Position numbers and translations under genes: made by a program | Part shown: positions 27,390 to 36,243 of the stretch, in pieces | Layout of the letters: every line of letters begins with the position of its first letter | Position numbering within the stretch: position 1 is the stretch's first letter | The notes under the pieces: generated by a model | What the model was told of the DNA's origin: nothing | What the model saw: only the letters and a program-made list of their open reading frames with translations | Databases searched by the model: none | DNA from: Minisyncoccota bacterium | Lineage (GTDB): Bacteria; Patescibacteriota; Minisyncoccia; Phycocordibacterales; UBA6065 | Length of the DNA: 64,000 nucleotides | Assembly: GCA_036400935.1 (NCBI GenBank) | Contig: DASWWW010000002.1 | Span: 63,939 to 127,938 of the forward strand | Reading direction: 5' to 3'

Positions 27390-27519
27390 CAAAACCCGAC
27401 CTATTACAGGTCGGGTTTTGGCAAAATTTTATTTACTTCGCAGGCCCCACTGGTCAACCAAAGTCATAGGGCCCGTACTGCTCTTACTACATTCTAGTAT
27501 AGCGTCCTTTTCAAGTCAA
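27390..27519 (-). ncRNA. Candidate ~95-nt small transcript (sRNA or 12-codon uORF MTLVDQWGLRSK)
   Basis: TTGACT-17-TAGAAT at 27491-27519 and a 13-bp terminator hairpin at 27390-27420 enclose no long ORF. Confidence 0.45.
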
Positions 27520-27560
27520 CATTCCCTAAAAAAGCCGCCATGCTTTCGCAAGACGGCGTG

Positions 27561-28568
27561 TCATTTCCGCTCAAAGATGCCCAGCACTCCCCGAAGGTAG
27601 TCGAGCACCCTCATTTCGGTATGGGCGGGGTCGATCAGCTTGTTGATCCGGTGCGGCAGAGAGACATGCCGCGAGCGCATCATATCCCTTACGAGTACGT
27701 GCCGCCTGTTCAGCCTTTCCATAAGCTCGAAAAGCTCGATGCTCTTAAGCAGGCCGAAACGCGAAATCTCCTGGGCCGCCTCATGCGATACGCCGGCCCA
27801 CTCGCCCGGCATGCCAAACGGCTCGATGTACGGGTAGGAGAAGCTCGCGCCGCCGACGGTCATCGGCAAGTACTCGCCCGGGCTGCATCCCGACTCGTAG
27901 CCGATAACGCGGCCGGAATGCGGCATGAGCGGAAAGATATCGTGAAAAGGAAGCCAGTCGATGACCTCTTTGACATCGATCACGGTCTTTACCCTCCCGT
28001 TGAGGCCCCTCTTGAGGGCATCGACGGCATTAAGCTTGCAGAAGCCGATGAGCACGTCTGAGACGGAGTGGCCCCTCGCGGAAAGCTCCTTGAGGACGAA
28101 TTCCAGGGTGCCGCCCGTAAAGACGCCGTCCTCGATGAGGACGACCGACTTGCCGAGCAAGTAATTGGACAGCTCATCGAGCTGAACGTCGATCGGAGGA
28201 AACCCCGGCCGAGGGCCATGACCTATGCATGCGCCATGGGGATCGTACAGCCGGTTTATGGCCAGGCATTGGCAGCCGATATACTCGGCCATGTCGGCGC
28301 AGGTGCTGAGGATGACTTTCGTGCTATCCGACCGGACGAGCTCAGACGCTCTGGCGTTGAGCTTGTCCATCAGGTCGTAGGAATCGATGACGAGGAGCGT
28401 GTGGGGTGCCACGACTCGGCGCATCAGATCGACGAAAGACCGATTGAATGAAAGCATCTCGGCTGACCGAGGCGCTGGAACTAGTAGACCAAAAGATTCA
28501 AGCATGGCTAGGCGATGCTCGAGGCTCAAGGTAACTATGAAAGTACCCGAAGCAGGGCATGGATTCAT
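27561..28568 (-). CDS. Type I phosphoribosyltransferase-fold protein
   Basis: PRPP-binding loop VVLIEDGVFTGGTL. Confidence 0.75.
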   Translation of the reverse strand: MNPCPASGTFIVTLSLEHRLAMLESFGLLVPAPRSAEMLSFNRSFVDLMRRVVAPHTLLVIDSYDLMDKLNARASELVRSDSTKVILSTCADMAEYIGCQCLAINRLYDPHGACIGHGPRPGFPPIDVQLDELSNYLLGKSVVLIEDGVFTGGTLEFVLKELSARGHSVSDVLIGFCKLNAVDALKRGLNGRVKTVIDVKEVIDWLPFHDIFPLMPHSGRVIGYESGCSPGEYLPMTVGGASFSYPYIEPFGMPGEWAGVSHEAAQEISRFGLLKSIELFELMERLNRRHVLVRDMMRSRHVSLPHRINKLIDPAHTEMRVLDYLRGVLGIFERK

Positions 28569-28617
28569 AGGGAACCGAATGATTGTTGAAGAACGCAGGA
28601 CCTACTTGAGTGTAGCG

Positions 28618-28932
28618 CTACTTTTTTAGCCTGTCGATCATCATCTTGTAGCCGCCAGTCCCCTCCTTGAGCCATTTGTTGATGCGGGTGATCGTGATGG
28701 GAGAAATGCCCGTCTTGGCCTCGATCTGAGCGAACGTCATGCCGCTGTCGAGCATCTTTGCTATGCCCCATCGCATGTCGAATTCCTGAAGCTCCTTTTC
28801 AGTCATGAGGTCTCGGAAAAACATCCTGAGCTCCTCCTCGTTTTTGAGCGCGAGAAAAGCCTCCCAAACCCCGGAGTTCTGGACCTTAGGCCAAATCCAA
28901 TTCTTGTCTTCGTTTGTTATGTGAGGCGTCAT
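28618..28932 (-). CDS. TrpR-like YerC/YecD family protein
   Basis: FFRDLMTEKE, RWGIAKML, TGISPITITRINKWL and GTGGY. Confidence 0.9.
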   Translation of the reverse strand: MTPHITNEDKNWIWPKVQNSGVWEAFLALKNEEELRMFFRDLMTEKELQEFDMRWGIAKMLDSGMTFAQIEAKTGISPITITRINKWLKEGTGGYKMMIDRLKK

Positions 28933-28939
28933 ATGAAAA

Positions 28940-30037
28940 CTATATCATGAACTCGATTACATCCCCGTCCTTCACGACGTATTCCTTTCCTTCGGTTCGG
29001 ACGAGTCCCTTCTCGCGAGCTGCAGGGTACGATCCTGCGGCAAGAAGCTTGTCCCACTCGATAATAGAGGCGCGAACGAACTTATCCTTGAAGTCGTTAT
29101 GGATGGCGGTGCCGGCAAGGGGCGCGGTCCAGCCCTTCTTGATCGTCCATCCGCGCGTCTCTTCTACTCCGGTCGTAAAATAGGTAATGAGGCCAAGGAT
29201 CTCGTAGCTCTTCTTGATCAAGAGGTCGATGCCGTTGTCGAGGCCGCCGAGGCCCGCACGCATATCATTCTTTTCCGCCTCGGTCATGTCCTTGAGGTCG
29301 TGCTCGATGCCCGCGTCGACGATGACGTAGTCCGCGCCGCTCTTCTTGATGAAATCGATGAGCTTCGTGAATCGCTCGTCCTTCATCTCGTCGAGATTCC
29401 TGCCTCCCGACTTCTTATTGAGGACGTAGAGGATCTTCTTTGATGTCAAAAGGTGGAGATGCTTGAGGAAAGGCGCCTCGAATTCGTTCGGAACGACTGT
29501 AGACGCGAGCTGGCCGGCCGCGAGCGCAGGCTTGAGCCTTTCAAGGAGGCCCATTTCCAGGATCGCCTCCTTCTTGCCGCCCTTCACCTCCTTGCCGAGG
29601 TTGATCATGCGCTTTGACACGGTATCGAGGTCTGCCGTGACGAGCTCCATATTGATCACCTCAATGTCGAACAGAGGGTCGACCTTGTTCGCGACATGGA
29701 TGATGTCGTCATCCTCGAAGATTCGCACGACTTCGGCGATAGCGTCGGTCTCGCGGATATTAGAGAGGAACTTGTTGCCGAGGCCCTCGCCCGCTGACGC
29801 GCCCTTTACGAGCCCAGCGATATCCACGAACTCTACGGCAGCGGGAATGATCTTTTTTGTCTGCGAAAAGGCCGCTAGCCTGTCGAGGCGCTCGTCAGGA
29901 ACGGCCACGACGCCGACCGACGGGTCGATAGTAGCGAACGGATAGTTAGCCACGAGCACGCTCTTCTTGGTGAGGGCGTTAAAAAGCGTTGATTTTCCGA
30001 CGTTTGGCAGGCCTACGATTCCAATTGATAGTGACAT
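28940..30037 (-). CDS. ychF: Redox-regulated ATPase YchF
   Basis: GLPNVGKSTLFNALT, DIAGLVKGAS and EGKEYVVKDGD. Confidence 0.98.
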   Translation of the reverse strand: MSLSIGIVGLPNVGKSTLFNALTKKSVLVANYPFATIDPSVGVVAVPDERLDRLAAFSQTKKIIPAAVEFVDIAGLVKGASAGEGLGNKFLSNIRETDAIAEVVRIFEDDDIIHVANKVDPLFDIEVINMELVTADLDTVSKRMINLGKEVKGGKKEAILEMGLLERLKPALAAGQLASTVVPNEFEAPFLKHLHLLTSKKILYVLNKKSGGRNLDEMKDERFTKLIDFIKKSGADYVIVDAGIEHDLKDMTEAEKNDMRAGLGGLDNGIDLLIKKSYEILGLITYFTTGVEETRGWTIKKGWTAPLAGTAIHNDFKDKFVRASIIEWDKLLAAGSYPAAREKGLVRTEGKEYVVKDGDVIEFMI

Positions 30038-30091
30038 GGGTACCAGACTAGCATTTCGGTCTTGTTTTTAAAAGACGGCGCGATATTCTTA

Positions 30092-30235
30092 ATGCGTAGC
30101 AGCATGAGAATTTTCCGCATCTTTCGCGAACTGTTCTTTATGGCGGTCGCCGTAGCGATAATAGTCGGAACACTCTATAAATGGGTTGAATTCGACAAAC
30201 AGAACCGAACAGCAGCTGCGATCACTTCTAAGTGA
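30092..30235 (+). CDS. Small single-TM protein (47 aa)
   Basis: Manual translation MRSSMRIFRIFRELFFMAVAVAIIVGTLYKWVEFDKQNRTAAAITSK; terminator at 30241-30272. Confidence 0.55.
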   Translation: MRSSMRIFRIFRELFFMAVAVAIIVGTLYKWVEFDKQNRTAAAITSK

Positions 30236-30278
30236 CTGAAGGCCAAGAACCCCTTGATTCTTGGCTTTTTTATAACTA

Positions 30279-30316
30279 TTGACAATATATACTATATTTG
30301 ATATAATAGTATAAGT
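30279..30316 (+). promoter_or_regulatory. Consensus extended sigma70 promoter TTGACA-17-TATAAT
   Basis: TTGACA 30279-30284, TG, TATAAT 30302-30307; shares TATACTATATTT with the promoter at 57586-57614. Confidence 0.8.
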
Positions 30317-30340
30317 ATAGAACCTTAAAATTGTTGTTGA

Positions 30341-30500
30341 GAGGCGCAGATAGGAGCAGGCAAGCGTTGTCTTCCCCTATCTGCGCCTCCATGGGGCGGC
30401 GTGGACGATAGGCTTACGGCCTATCGCAACTAAACGTCAGTTAGCAGTTAGGGCGTCAAACGTGTGCCCTTCCCTCAAGGGATAAATCACGCTTCCTCAT
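30341..30500 (+). ncRNA. Highly structured 5' leader: 14-bp hairpin plus multi-way junction
   Basis: GAGGCGCAGATAGG/CCTATCTGCGCCTC; closing stem ATGGGGCGGCGTG/CACGCTTCCTCAT enclosing about four hairpins. Confidence 0.55.
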
Positions 30501-30956
30501 ATGCAAAACAGCTACATCGCGAAGATCATCGAGCGCAACATCAAGCCTGAGACCCCTGCCCACCGCGCGCAGTACCTCAAGGCCCGGGCGCTAGTGACCC
30601 AATACCTAGAGTTGGCTACGGACATCAGACTGGGCTGGAGCGAGCTCTTCATGGCCCGTCCGCTCTCGGTACGACTGCTCGATATCTTCAAATCTGTCGG
30701 CATGACCAGCGAGTATGCCGAAGAGATCGTGGGAAACATTCACTACTGCAAGCACCTTGTCGAAGACGTCCTGAAAAGCGGATCCGTCACGGTGCACATG
30801 CAGAAGTGGGATAGTGGCGACCTCCTTGTCATGTTCACCTTCTGGGAGAAAGACAAGAAAAAGGACTCGAGCCTCCATCTCAGCCGCCAGTTCACAGTAA
30901 CCGAACAGGGCGTAGTATACCGGAGCCAGTCCAGGACCGAGTTCCCGGAAAACTAA
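30501..30956 (+). CDS. Orphan hypothetical protein (shared-promoter cassette 2)
   Basis: ORF track; bidirectional terminator at 30971-30998. Confidence 0.7.
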   Translation: MQNSYIAKIIERNIKPETPAHRAQYLKARALVTQYLELATDIRLGWSELFMARPLSVRLLDIFKSVGMTSEYAEEIVGNIHYCKHLVEDVLKSGSVTVHMQKWDSGDLLVMFTFWEKDKKKDSSLHLSRQFTVTEQGVVYRSQSRTEFPEN

Positions 30957-31013
30957 TCAACAATAACCCAAGCCCCTTCGACGCAAGTCGAAGGGGCTTA
31001 AAACTTATATTCA

Positions 31014-31595
31014 CTATTTCGCCTTTCGTCCGAGGGCAGAGACCCTCTTGTCGAACCTTGCCACTCGATTAGGAGTGATTTTCTCGACATCGCCGATGCG
31101 AGTCATACGAACTGGAGAGAATCCCGAGAACCAGAGCGTAAGCCAGCGCAGATGGGTATAGCTGACATGGAAAAAGAATTTAAGAATGAGGTGATTCGTC
31201 GCCGAGGTCGTAATGATGCGAGCTTGCTTGCCTTTCAGCCGCTTAATCCAGCCGAGGCCGTTCTTGTTCATGTTGTAAGCGAAGCCCGGGAGCCACGCGC
31301 GATCGAAAAGGCCCTTGAGGAGAGCCGGCATGTCACCCCACCATGTTGGGAAGATCAATACGAACGTATCGGCCCACTTCACGTTCTCCTGGACCGTCTT
31401 GAGATCCGGCTCGAGAGCCTGGATCGCCTTGTATCCCATGTGAAGGATCGGATCAAACGAGAGGTCGCCGATATTCATACGGCGCACCTCGTGACCGGCT
31501 GACTTTGCAGCTACCTCGTACGTATCCGCTATATGGCCCGAGAGAGTCTCCTTGTTAGGATGGCCGACGAGAATGAAAACTTTTTTCGGTGCCAT
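31014..31595 (-). CDS. NAD(P)H-dependent flavodoxin-like (quinone) oxidoreductase
   Basis: GHP, FDPIL and PTWWGDMPALLKGLFDR. Confidence 0.92.
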   Translation of the reverse strand: MAPKKVFILVGHPNKETLSGHIADTYEVAAKSAGHEVRRMNIGDLSFDPILHMGYKAIQALEPDLKTVQENVKWADTFVLIFPTWWGDMPALLKGLFDRAWLPGFAYNMNKNGLGWIKRLKGKQARIITTSATNHLILKFFFHVSYTHLRWLTLWFSGFSPVRMTRIGDVEKITPNRVARFDKRVSALGRKAK

Positions 31596-31822
31596 TACTT
31601 TTTCATGAGCTTTGCGAGCTCGTCTTTATACTTTGCCATGAGTTCCATAGCGACGGTCTGCTGGTCCTTGCCCTGCTTGAGGCCGGCCTGGAGCTCTGCG
31701 GCGATGTTCTCGAAGAAATCGGGATTCCTCTCGACCATGTCGAGGATCATCTCCTGCTGGTCTGCCGGAACGTGCTTGAGTTGTGACTTCATCGCCTGCT
31801 TCATCAAAAATTTCTTGATCAT
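31595..31822 (-). CDS. Small helical Met/Gln/Lys-rich protein
   Basis: Its stop overlaps the next start; VPADQQEMI..NPDFF pattern. Confidence 0.75.
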   Translation of the reverse strand: MIKKFLMKQAMKSQLKHVPADQQEMILDMVERNPDFFENIAAELQAGLKQGKDQQTVAMELMAKYKDELAKLMKK

Positions 31823-31860
31823 ATTGTTGTGGTGTTTGTATATTCTGCCGGTCTGTCCGC

Positions 31861-33021
31861 TTACTCTACCAAAAAAGGCTTTTGGCCGCTATATATTTCG
31901 AGCGGAACCCTGTCCCAACACGCGTGCGCGCGGTCCGAATAGCTCCAAAGGGCGAGGACTTCCTCTAATCCGACGAATTCGCGGTGCGAGCCGCGGAGGG
32001 CGGCGGCGATCATGGTCTCGTATGCCTCCTTGCCCTTCTTGAAATCATAGCTTTCCTGGGAGCCGTCCCCGTATGAGACGAGGATTGAGGCCTCCGATGA
32101 CGGCATCTTCTTGCCGGATTCAAGGATGATGAGAATCCGATCGAGCATGGTCACGACCCTGAAGGCTGTCTCAGTCACCGATCCTGCGGAAACGCCCTTT
32201 TCGGCGAGATAGCCGTCGTATTGCCCGCGGCGGAAATCGGCGCAAGTATTTTCAGGCGGAATCAGGCGACTCAATACGGACGCGCGGACGGACTGCCAAT
32301 TGCCGTCGCGGGCGCCGCCGGACGCAGACACGAGCGCGAGCGCCACCATCTCGAGCATGTGGTTCTGGCCCACATCGCGAAACGCCCCGACGCCGTCGTA
32401 CGACTCGCCCCGGCCGTCGATCCCCTTCTCCTCGAATATGCGGGCGCGGATCGACTTTATATCGGAATGCTTATCGGTAGCGTCCATGAGGCATTGGGCC
32501 GCCTCTTTTGAAAGGTAGTGGTCGATGCGGTATATATCGGCCTCATCAAGTCCGGTCGTCAAAACATCATTAAGCTCGCGAGCGGTAGCGCCGTTCGTCC
32601 CAAAAGGTTTTTCCACGAGCAACTTGACCTGGCCCCGGACAGCGATGCCGGCTTTAAAGAGAGCCTTAGCCACGACAGCGTGAAATTGAGGCGCGAGAGA
32701 CAGATAAACAGCGATCTGCGCGTCAGGAATTTCCTTTTTGTATTGGAAAATCTTGCTGGCAAGCTCCTCGTAGCCGGTACCCGCGCCGATATCGATCTTT
32801 GAATAGCGTAAGGCTGCAGAAAATTTCGCAGACGGAGCCTTTTTCGAAGTCTTTGCCACGTGATCAAGGAAAGCCTCGTCGTCCCAGTCGCGCCGCGACA
32901 CGCCGATCACCTTCGAATCGCTCGAAATCGTGCCGCCACTGAAAAGCACGTCGAGCGCCGGAAAGATTTTCTTCTGCGCCAGGTCGCCGGTCGCTCCGAA
33001 TAGGATAAATATGCTTTTCAT
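31861..33021 (-). CDS. zwf: Glucose-6-phosphate dehydrogenase (shortened, divergent)
   Basis: FGATGDLA, EKPFG, RIDHYLSKE and RDVGQNH. Confidence 0.88.
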   Translation of the reverse strand: MKSIFILFGATGDLAQKKIFPALDVLFSGGTISSDSKVIGVSRRDWDDEAFLDHVAKTSKKAPSAKFSAALRYSKIDIGAGTGYEELASKIFQYKKEIPDAQIAVYLSLAPQFHAVVAKALFKAGIAVRGQVKLLVEKPFGTNGATARELNDVLTTGLDEADIYRIDHYLSKEAAQCLMDATDKHSDIKSIRARIFEEKGIDGRGESYDGVGAFRDVGQNHMLEMVALALVSASGGARDGNWQSVRASVLSRLIPPENTCADFRRGQYDGYLAEKGVSAGSVTETAFRVVTMLDRILIILESGKKMPSSEASILVSYGDGSQESYDFKKGKEAYETMIAAALRGSHREFVGLEEVLALWSYSDRAHACWDRVPLEIYSGQKPFLVE

Positions 33022-33090
33022 AAAGGCTGGAAGCAGGAAAAGTATACAAGAAAAAAAGGCCCCGCACGAATGCGGGGCCCAGGCGGCTTT

Positions 33091-33540
33091 CTAAAAGCGG
33101 TAATCAAAAAAGAAGGTTCGTTTGCGATGAGGCCGGAGATTGATGGTGATATCCTCGTCCTTCAGCAGCGGCGCCTGCATACGCAGGCCCTTCTTGATAT
33201 TGAATGTGCCCGTTGTATTCAGGAACTTCACCTCACGGACCCCTTGCAGCTGCCGGAATTCGCGAGCGCCGCCGATGAACGTGCCCAGGAACGGGACGTC
33301 CTCGTAGGTAAAGGTGTCCGGCAAAGCGGCGGTTCGACCAATGGTCGGCTCGGAGATCAGGCTGCCCTTGGACTTCTTGGCGAACAGACGATCGAGCTTG
33401 GCCTCGAGGCGGACCCAATCGAGATCGGGCTCCTGCTCGATTTCGGCAAACAAGGGCTCGGGAACGAACAGGGCTTGAGCGAACAGGCCCGACACGAACA
33501 CTGACAGTGCGAGAAACGCTGACAGAACGCGAGCTTTCAT
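33091..33540 (-). CDS. Secreted hypothetical protein
   Basis: Signal-peptide-like N-terminus; terminator at 33051-33080. Confidence 0.6.
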   Translation of the reverse strand: MKARVLSAFLALSVFVSGLFAQALFVPEPLFAEIEQEPDLDWVRLEAKLDRLFAKKSKGSLISEPTIGRTAALPDTFTYEDVPFLGTFIGGAREFRQLQGVREVKFLNTTGTFNIKKGLRMQAPLLKDEDITINLRPHRKRTFFFDYRF

Positions 33541-33657
33541 GGGAATAAGAGCGGGAGTTAAGACGCAGTATTGCTTTTCCCAGTATAGTCAGCGGAAAAG
33601 CTAAGTCTAGGAAGGTTGTACACAGGTGATGTTCAGGCAGGTTTTCTTGACGCTTTG

Positions 33658-33730
33658 TGGACCCTACCGGATTCGAACCGGTCGCCTCGTCCATGCCATG
33701 GACGCGCTCTACCGAATGAGCTAAGGGCCC
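33658..33730 (-). tRNA. tRNA-Ala(GGC)
   Basis: Cloverleaf GGGCCCTTAGCTCA...GGTTCGAATCC...GGGTCCA; G3:U70; CCA not encoded. Confidence 0.96.
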
Positions 33731-33827
33731 GACGGCGATATTCTAAGCTATTTCATTGAAAATACATAGCGCAACACGTCGAAGCATAGACACTTTAGGA
33801 AAAATTGATCGTAAAGAGGGGTAAATT

Positions 33828-33846
33828 TAATATAAATGTAATATAA
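33828..33846. promoter_or_regulatory. 11-bp-period direct repeat TAATATAA (putative response-regulator box)
   Basis: TAATATAA-atg-TAATATAA; similar boxes at 38204-38222 and 38288-38306. Confidence 0.55.
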
Positions 33847-33928
33847 GCTCCCCTGTTCCGACTTGTAGTTAACGTTATAAGAACGTTCGCGTGAATGCGT
33901 TTTAAAAAATCTTAAACATTTTCATCAT

Positions 33929-35578
33929 ATGACAACAAACGATCTTTCGATCAGATCCCTGCGAAGGCCGTATCAAATGATGGTACTCGCTACCCTCATC
34001 GCGGCGGCTCTCGTGGGATTGCTTTTGATCCCAATCACCAAGGCGGACGCGCAGGAAGCGCCTGCCGACGAGGTGTCGTTCTCTTTCGTCGGTACCACTC
34101 CTAACACGGGCAACCGCGTAGCCGGAGAGAAGATCGACGTTTACTTCCAGGAATCCAGCAATCGAAACGACCTCACCCTTACTTCTTGTACCATTAACGG
34201 CTTGCAGCAGACCGCCCTCCTCAATCTTTCCGGCGGCCTCTACCAGATCGTCTACAACGTAGGCTCGAGCGATGAGGAGCGAAACGCGGGAGCTATCCCG
34301 GTAAACTGTACGTTCCAGACCCCATTGGGCACTACCATTACCGCGACAGCATGGACCGACAACAACATGCTCGGCATCGACAGCAACAGCAACGGCCAGA
34401 TCGACAGCGTGACAGTGCCTTCATTCTCGAACGTCGGAGTCATCCCAACCTCGGGAACCCTCACCACAGGCGATCACCTCGAAATCTTCTTTGACGAGCA
34501 GAATCACCAGAACGACCTTACCCAGGTAGGAGCCTGCTTGGTCAACGGCGTAGACATCGGCGCAATCCAGAACCTCTCGGGCGGACTCTACAAGGGAATC
34601 TACACGGTATCAGCGACTGATACTCCTCGCGAGGCTGGCCAGATCCCAGTAGACTGCAAGCTCGGAAACTCTTCGGGCACCGCACACGCGACAGCCTGGA
34701 CCGACAATAACACCGTAGCGATCGCATTCTCCAACGATGGCGGTAATAGCGGAGGCAACGATGGCAACAACGAAAACGGCACATCTACAGCTTCGACTAC
34801 CCCTACCCTTGGAAACGTCGGCGTAGTCCCATCAACCGGAACCCTCACCACAGGCGACATCCTCGAAGTCTTCTTCAACGAACAGAACCAGATGAACGAC
34901 CTCGTAGCGACCAGCACTTGTACTGTTAACGGCGTGAATATCGCGCCTCTCCAGAACCTTACTGGCGGACTCTACAAGGGAATCTACACCGTCTCAGCAA
35001 CCGACACGCCTCGAACTGCAGGCCAGATACCAGTCGACTGTACCCTGGAGAACGCTTCAGGCTCGATGCGAGCGACAGCATGGACGGACAACAACACCGT
35101 AGCGATCGCTTTTGACGGCGGCAACGGAAATAACGGCGGAAACAATGGCGGCAACAACGGAAACGGTACTTCTACAGCAACGACTACGGACGCAGCTCTC
35201 GCTCTCACCTCTATCTCTCAGTCACAGGGCACCGCTTCAGCGAACGGAAACTATGCTGACGGCTGGAAGTGGGTATTCCATGTCACGGCTCCAAGCAACG
35301 AAACTTCCCTTCAGTTCCGCTTCTCAGACTGGATCAACGGGTCAAACGGAAGCAGCACGATCTCATCGGCTAACAACATCCAAATCTCTTCAGCCCAGTC
35401 CTCTTCAGGAGTCGTCGCGATCACCGGAACAGACATCTACTCGAACGCCCTTACCCTCACAGGCGACCTCGACGCGAACATGCCGGGCCGACAGGTAGAA
35501 GTCCTCGTCGAAATGCGCGTACCGTCAGGATCGACTAACGGCTCGTACTCGACATCGTACGGAATCCGCAGCTACTAA
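33929..35578 (+). CDS. Secreted/surface protein with three ~100-aa two-Cys repeats and G/N/T-rich linkers
   Basis: Signal peptide; repeat C.(I/V)NG..NL.GGLY..IPV.C..ATAWTDNN occurs three times; distinct C-terminal beta domain. Confidence 0.9.
   Translation: MTTNDLSIRSLRRPYQMMVLATLIAAALVGLLLIPITKADAQEAPADEVSFSFVGTTPNTGNRVAGEKIDVYFQESSNRNDLTLTSCTINGLQQTALLNLSGGLYQIVYNVGSSDEERNAGAIPVNCTFQTPLGTTITATAWTDNNMLGIDSNSNGQIDSVTVPSFSNVGVIPTSGTLTTGDHLEIFFDEQNHQNDLTQVGACLVNGVDIGAIQNLSGGLYKGIYTVSATDTPREAGQIPVDCKLGNSSGTAHATAWTDNNTVAIAFSNDGGNSGGNDGNNENGTSTASTTPTLGNVGVVPSTGTLTTGDILEVFFNEQNQMNDLVATSTCTVNGVNIAPLQNLTGGLYKGIYTVSATDTPRTAGQIPVDCTLENASGSMRATAWTDNNTVAIAFDGGNGNNGGNNGGNNGNGTSTATTTDAALALTSISQSQGTASANGNYADGWKWVFHVTAPSNETSLQFRFSDWINGSNGSSTISSANNIQISSAQSSSGVVAITGTDIYSNALTLTGDLDANMPGRQVEVLVEMRVPSGSTNGSYSTSYGIRSY
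34427..35113 (+). repeat. Intragenic ~300-bp direct repeats (34427-34729 and 34811-35113)
   Basis: Shared runs such as GGAACCCTCACCACAGGCGA and GGCGGACTCTACAAGGGAATCTACAC. Confidence 0.85.
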
Positions 35579-35600
35579 TAGCAACTAAGAACACCTTATT

Positions 35601-36173
35601 ATGACCAGACACTTTACAAAGGTAGCCGCGATCACGGTCCTCGCGTCGATCGTCTCGATAACCGCAGGCATCGCTTACGCCTCGGCATCAGAGATCACAG
35701 GCGGAGTCTCGTCTAACCCTCAGGTAGTTGCCGGCTCGCACGCCACAGGCACGATCGCAGGCAATATCGGCCAGAACTCAGCGGCTCCAACGGAAAGCGA
35801 AGAGCTTACCAACACCTCCCGATCGGGCGGAAGGAGCTCGTCGCGAGTCGTGACGACAACCACATCGCCGGCTGACAGCACCTTCATCAGCTTTGCGGGA
35901 ACTGTCGGAGAGGCTGAGTACACCGCTCCCGCCTACGACGATACCGTCCTCGCCGTCAGCGACGATTCTGATCTCGAGACCGTAGTCGAGACTGACGCCG
36001 CCACAGGAAGCGCAGCCATCATCGATGAGGCGATCCAGGAGGATCAGAATACTGACAACCTCGCCGCAGTCGGAGCTCTCGGAGCGATCAACTGGGGCAC
36101 ATGGACGATGATTCTCGTCGGCCTCGTAGCGATCGGGGGAATCGCGTACGGAGTGAACAAGCTCATAGTCTAA
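35601..36173 (+). CDS. Exported S/T/acidic-rich protein with C-terminal TM anchor
   Basis: N-terminal signal, low-complexity body, NLAAVG followed by a TM helix. Confidence 0.8.
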   Translation: MTRHFTKVAAITVLASIVSITAGIAYASASEITGGVSSNPQVVAGSHATGTIAGNIGQNSAAPTESEELTNTSRSGGRSSSRVVTTTTSPADSTFISFAGTVGEAEYTAPAYDDTVLAVSDDSDLETVVETDAATGSAAIIDEAIQEDQNTDNLAAVGALGAINWGTWTMILVGLVAIGGIAYGVNKLIV

Positions 36174-36243
36174 AAAAATAGAAAAAAGGCCGTTCGCACG
36201 TCCAAGTCGGGGAAGGACTAACGAACGGCCTTTTTTCTATTTC

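Noticed and set aside
33233-33694. 153-aa ORF beginning MDEATGSNPVGST
   Set aside because: It starts inside tRNA-Ala; a typical spurious translation.
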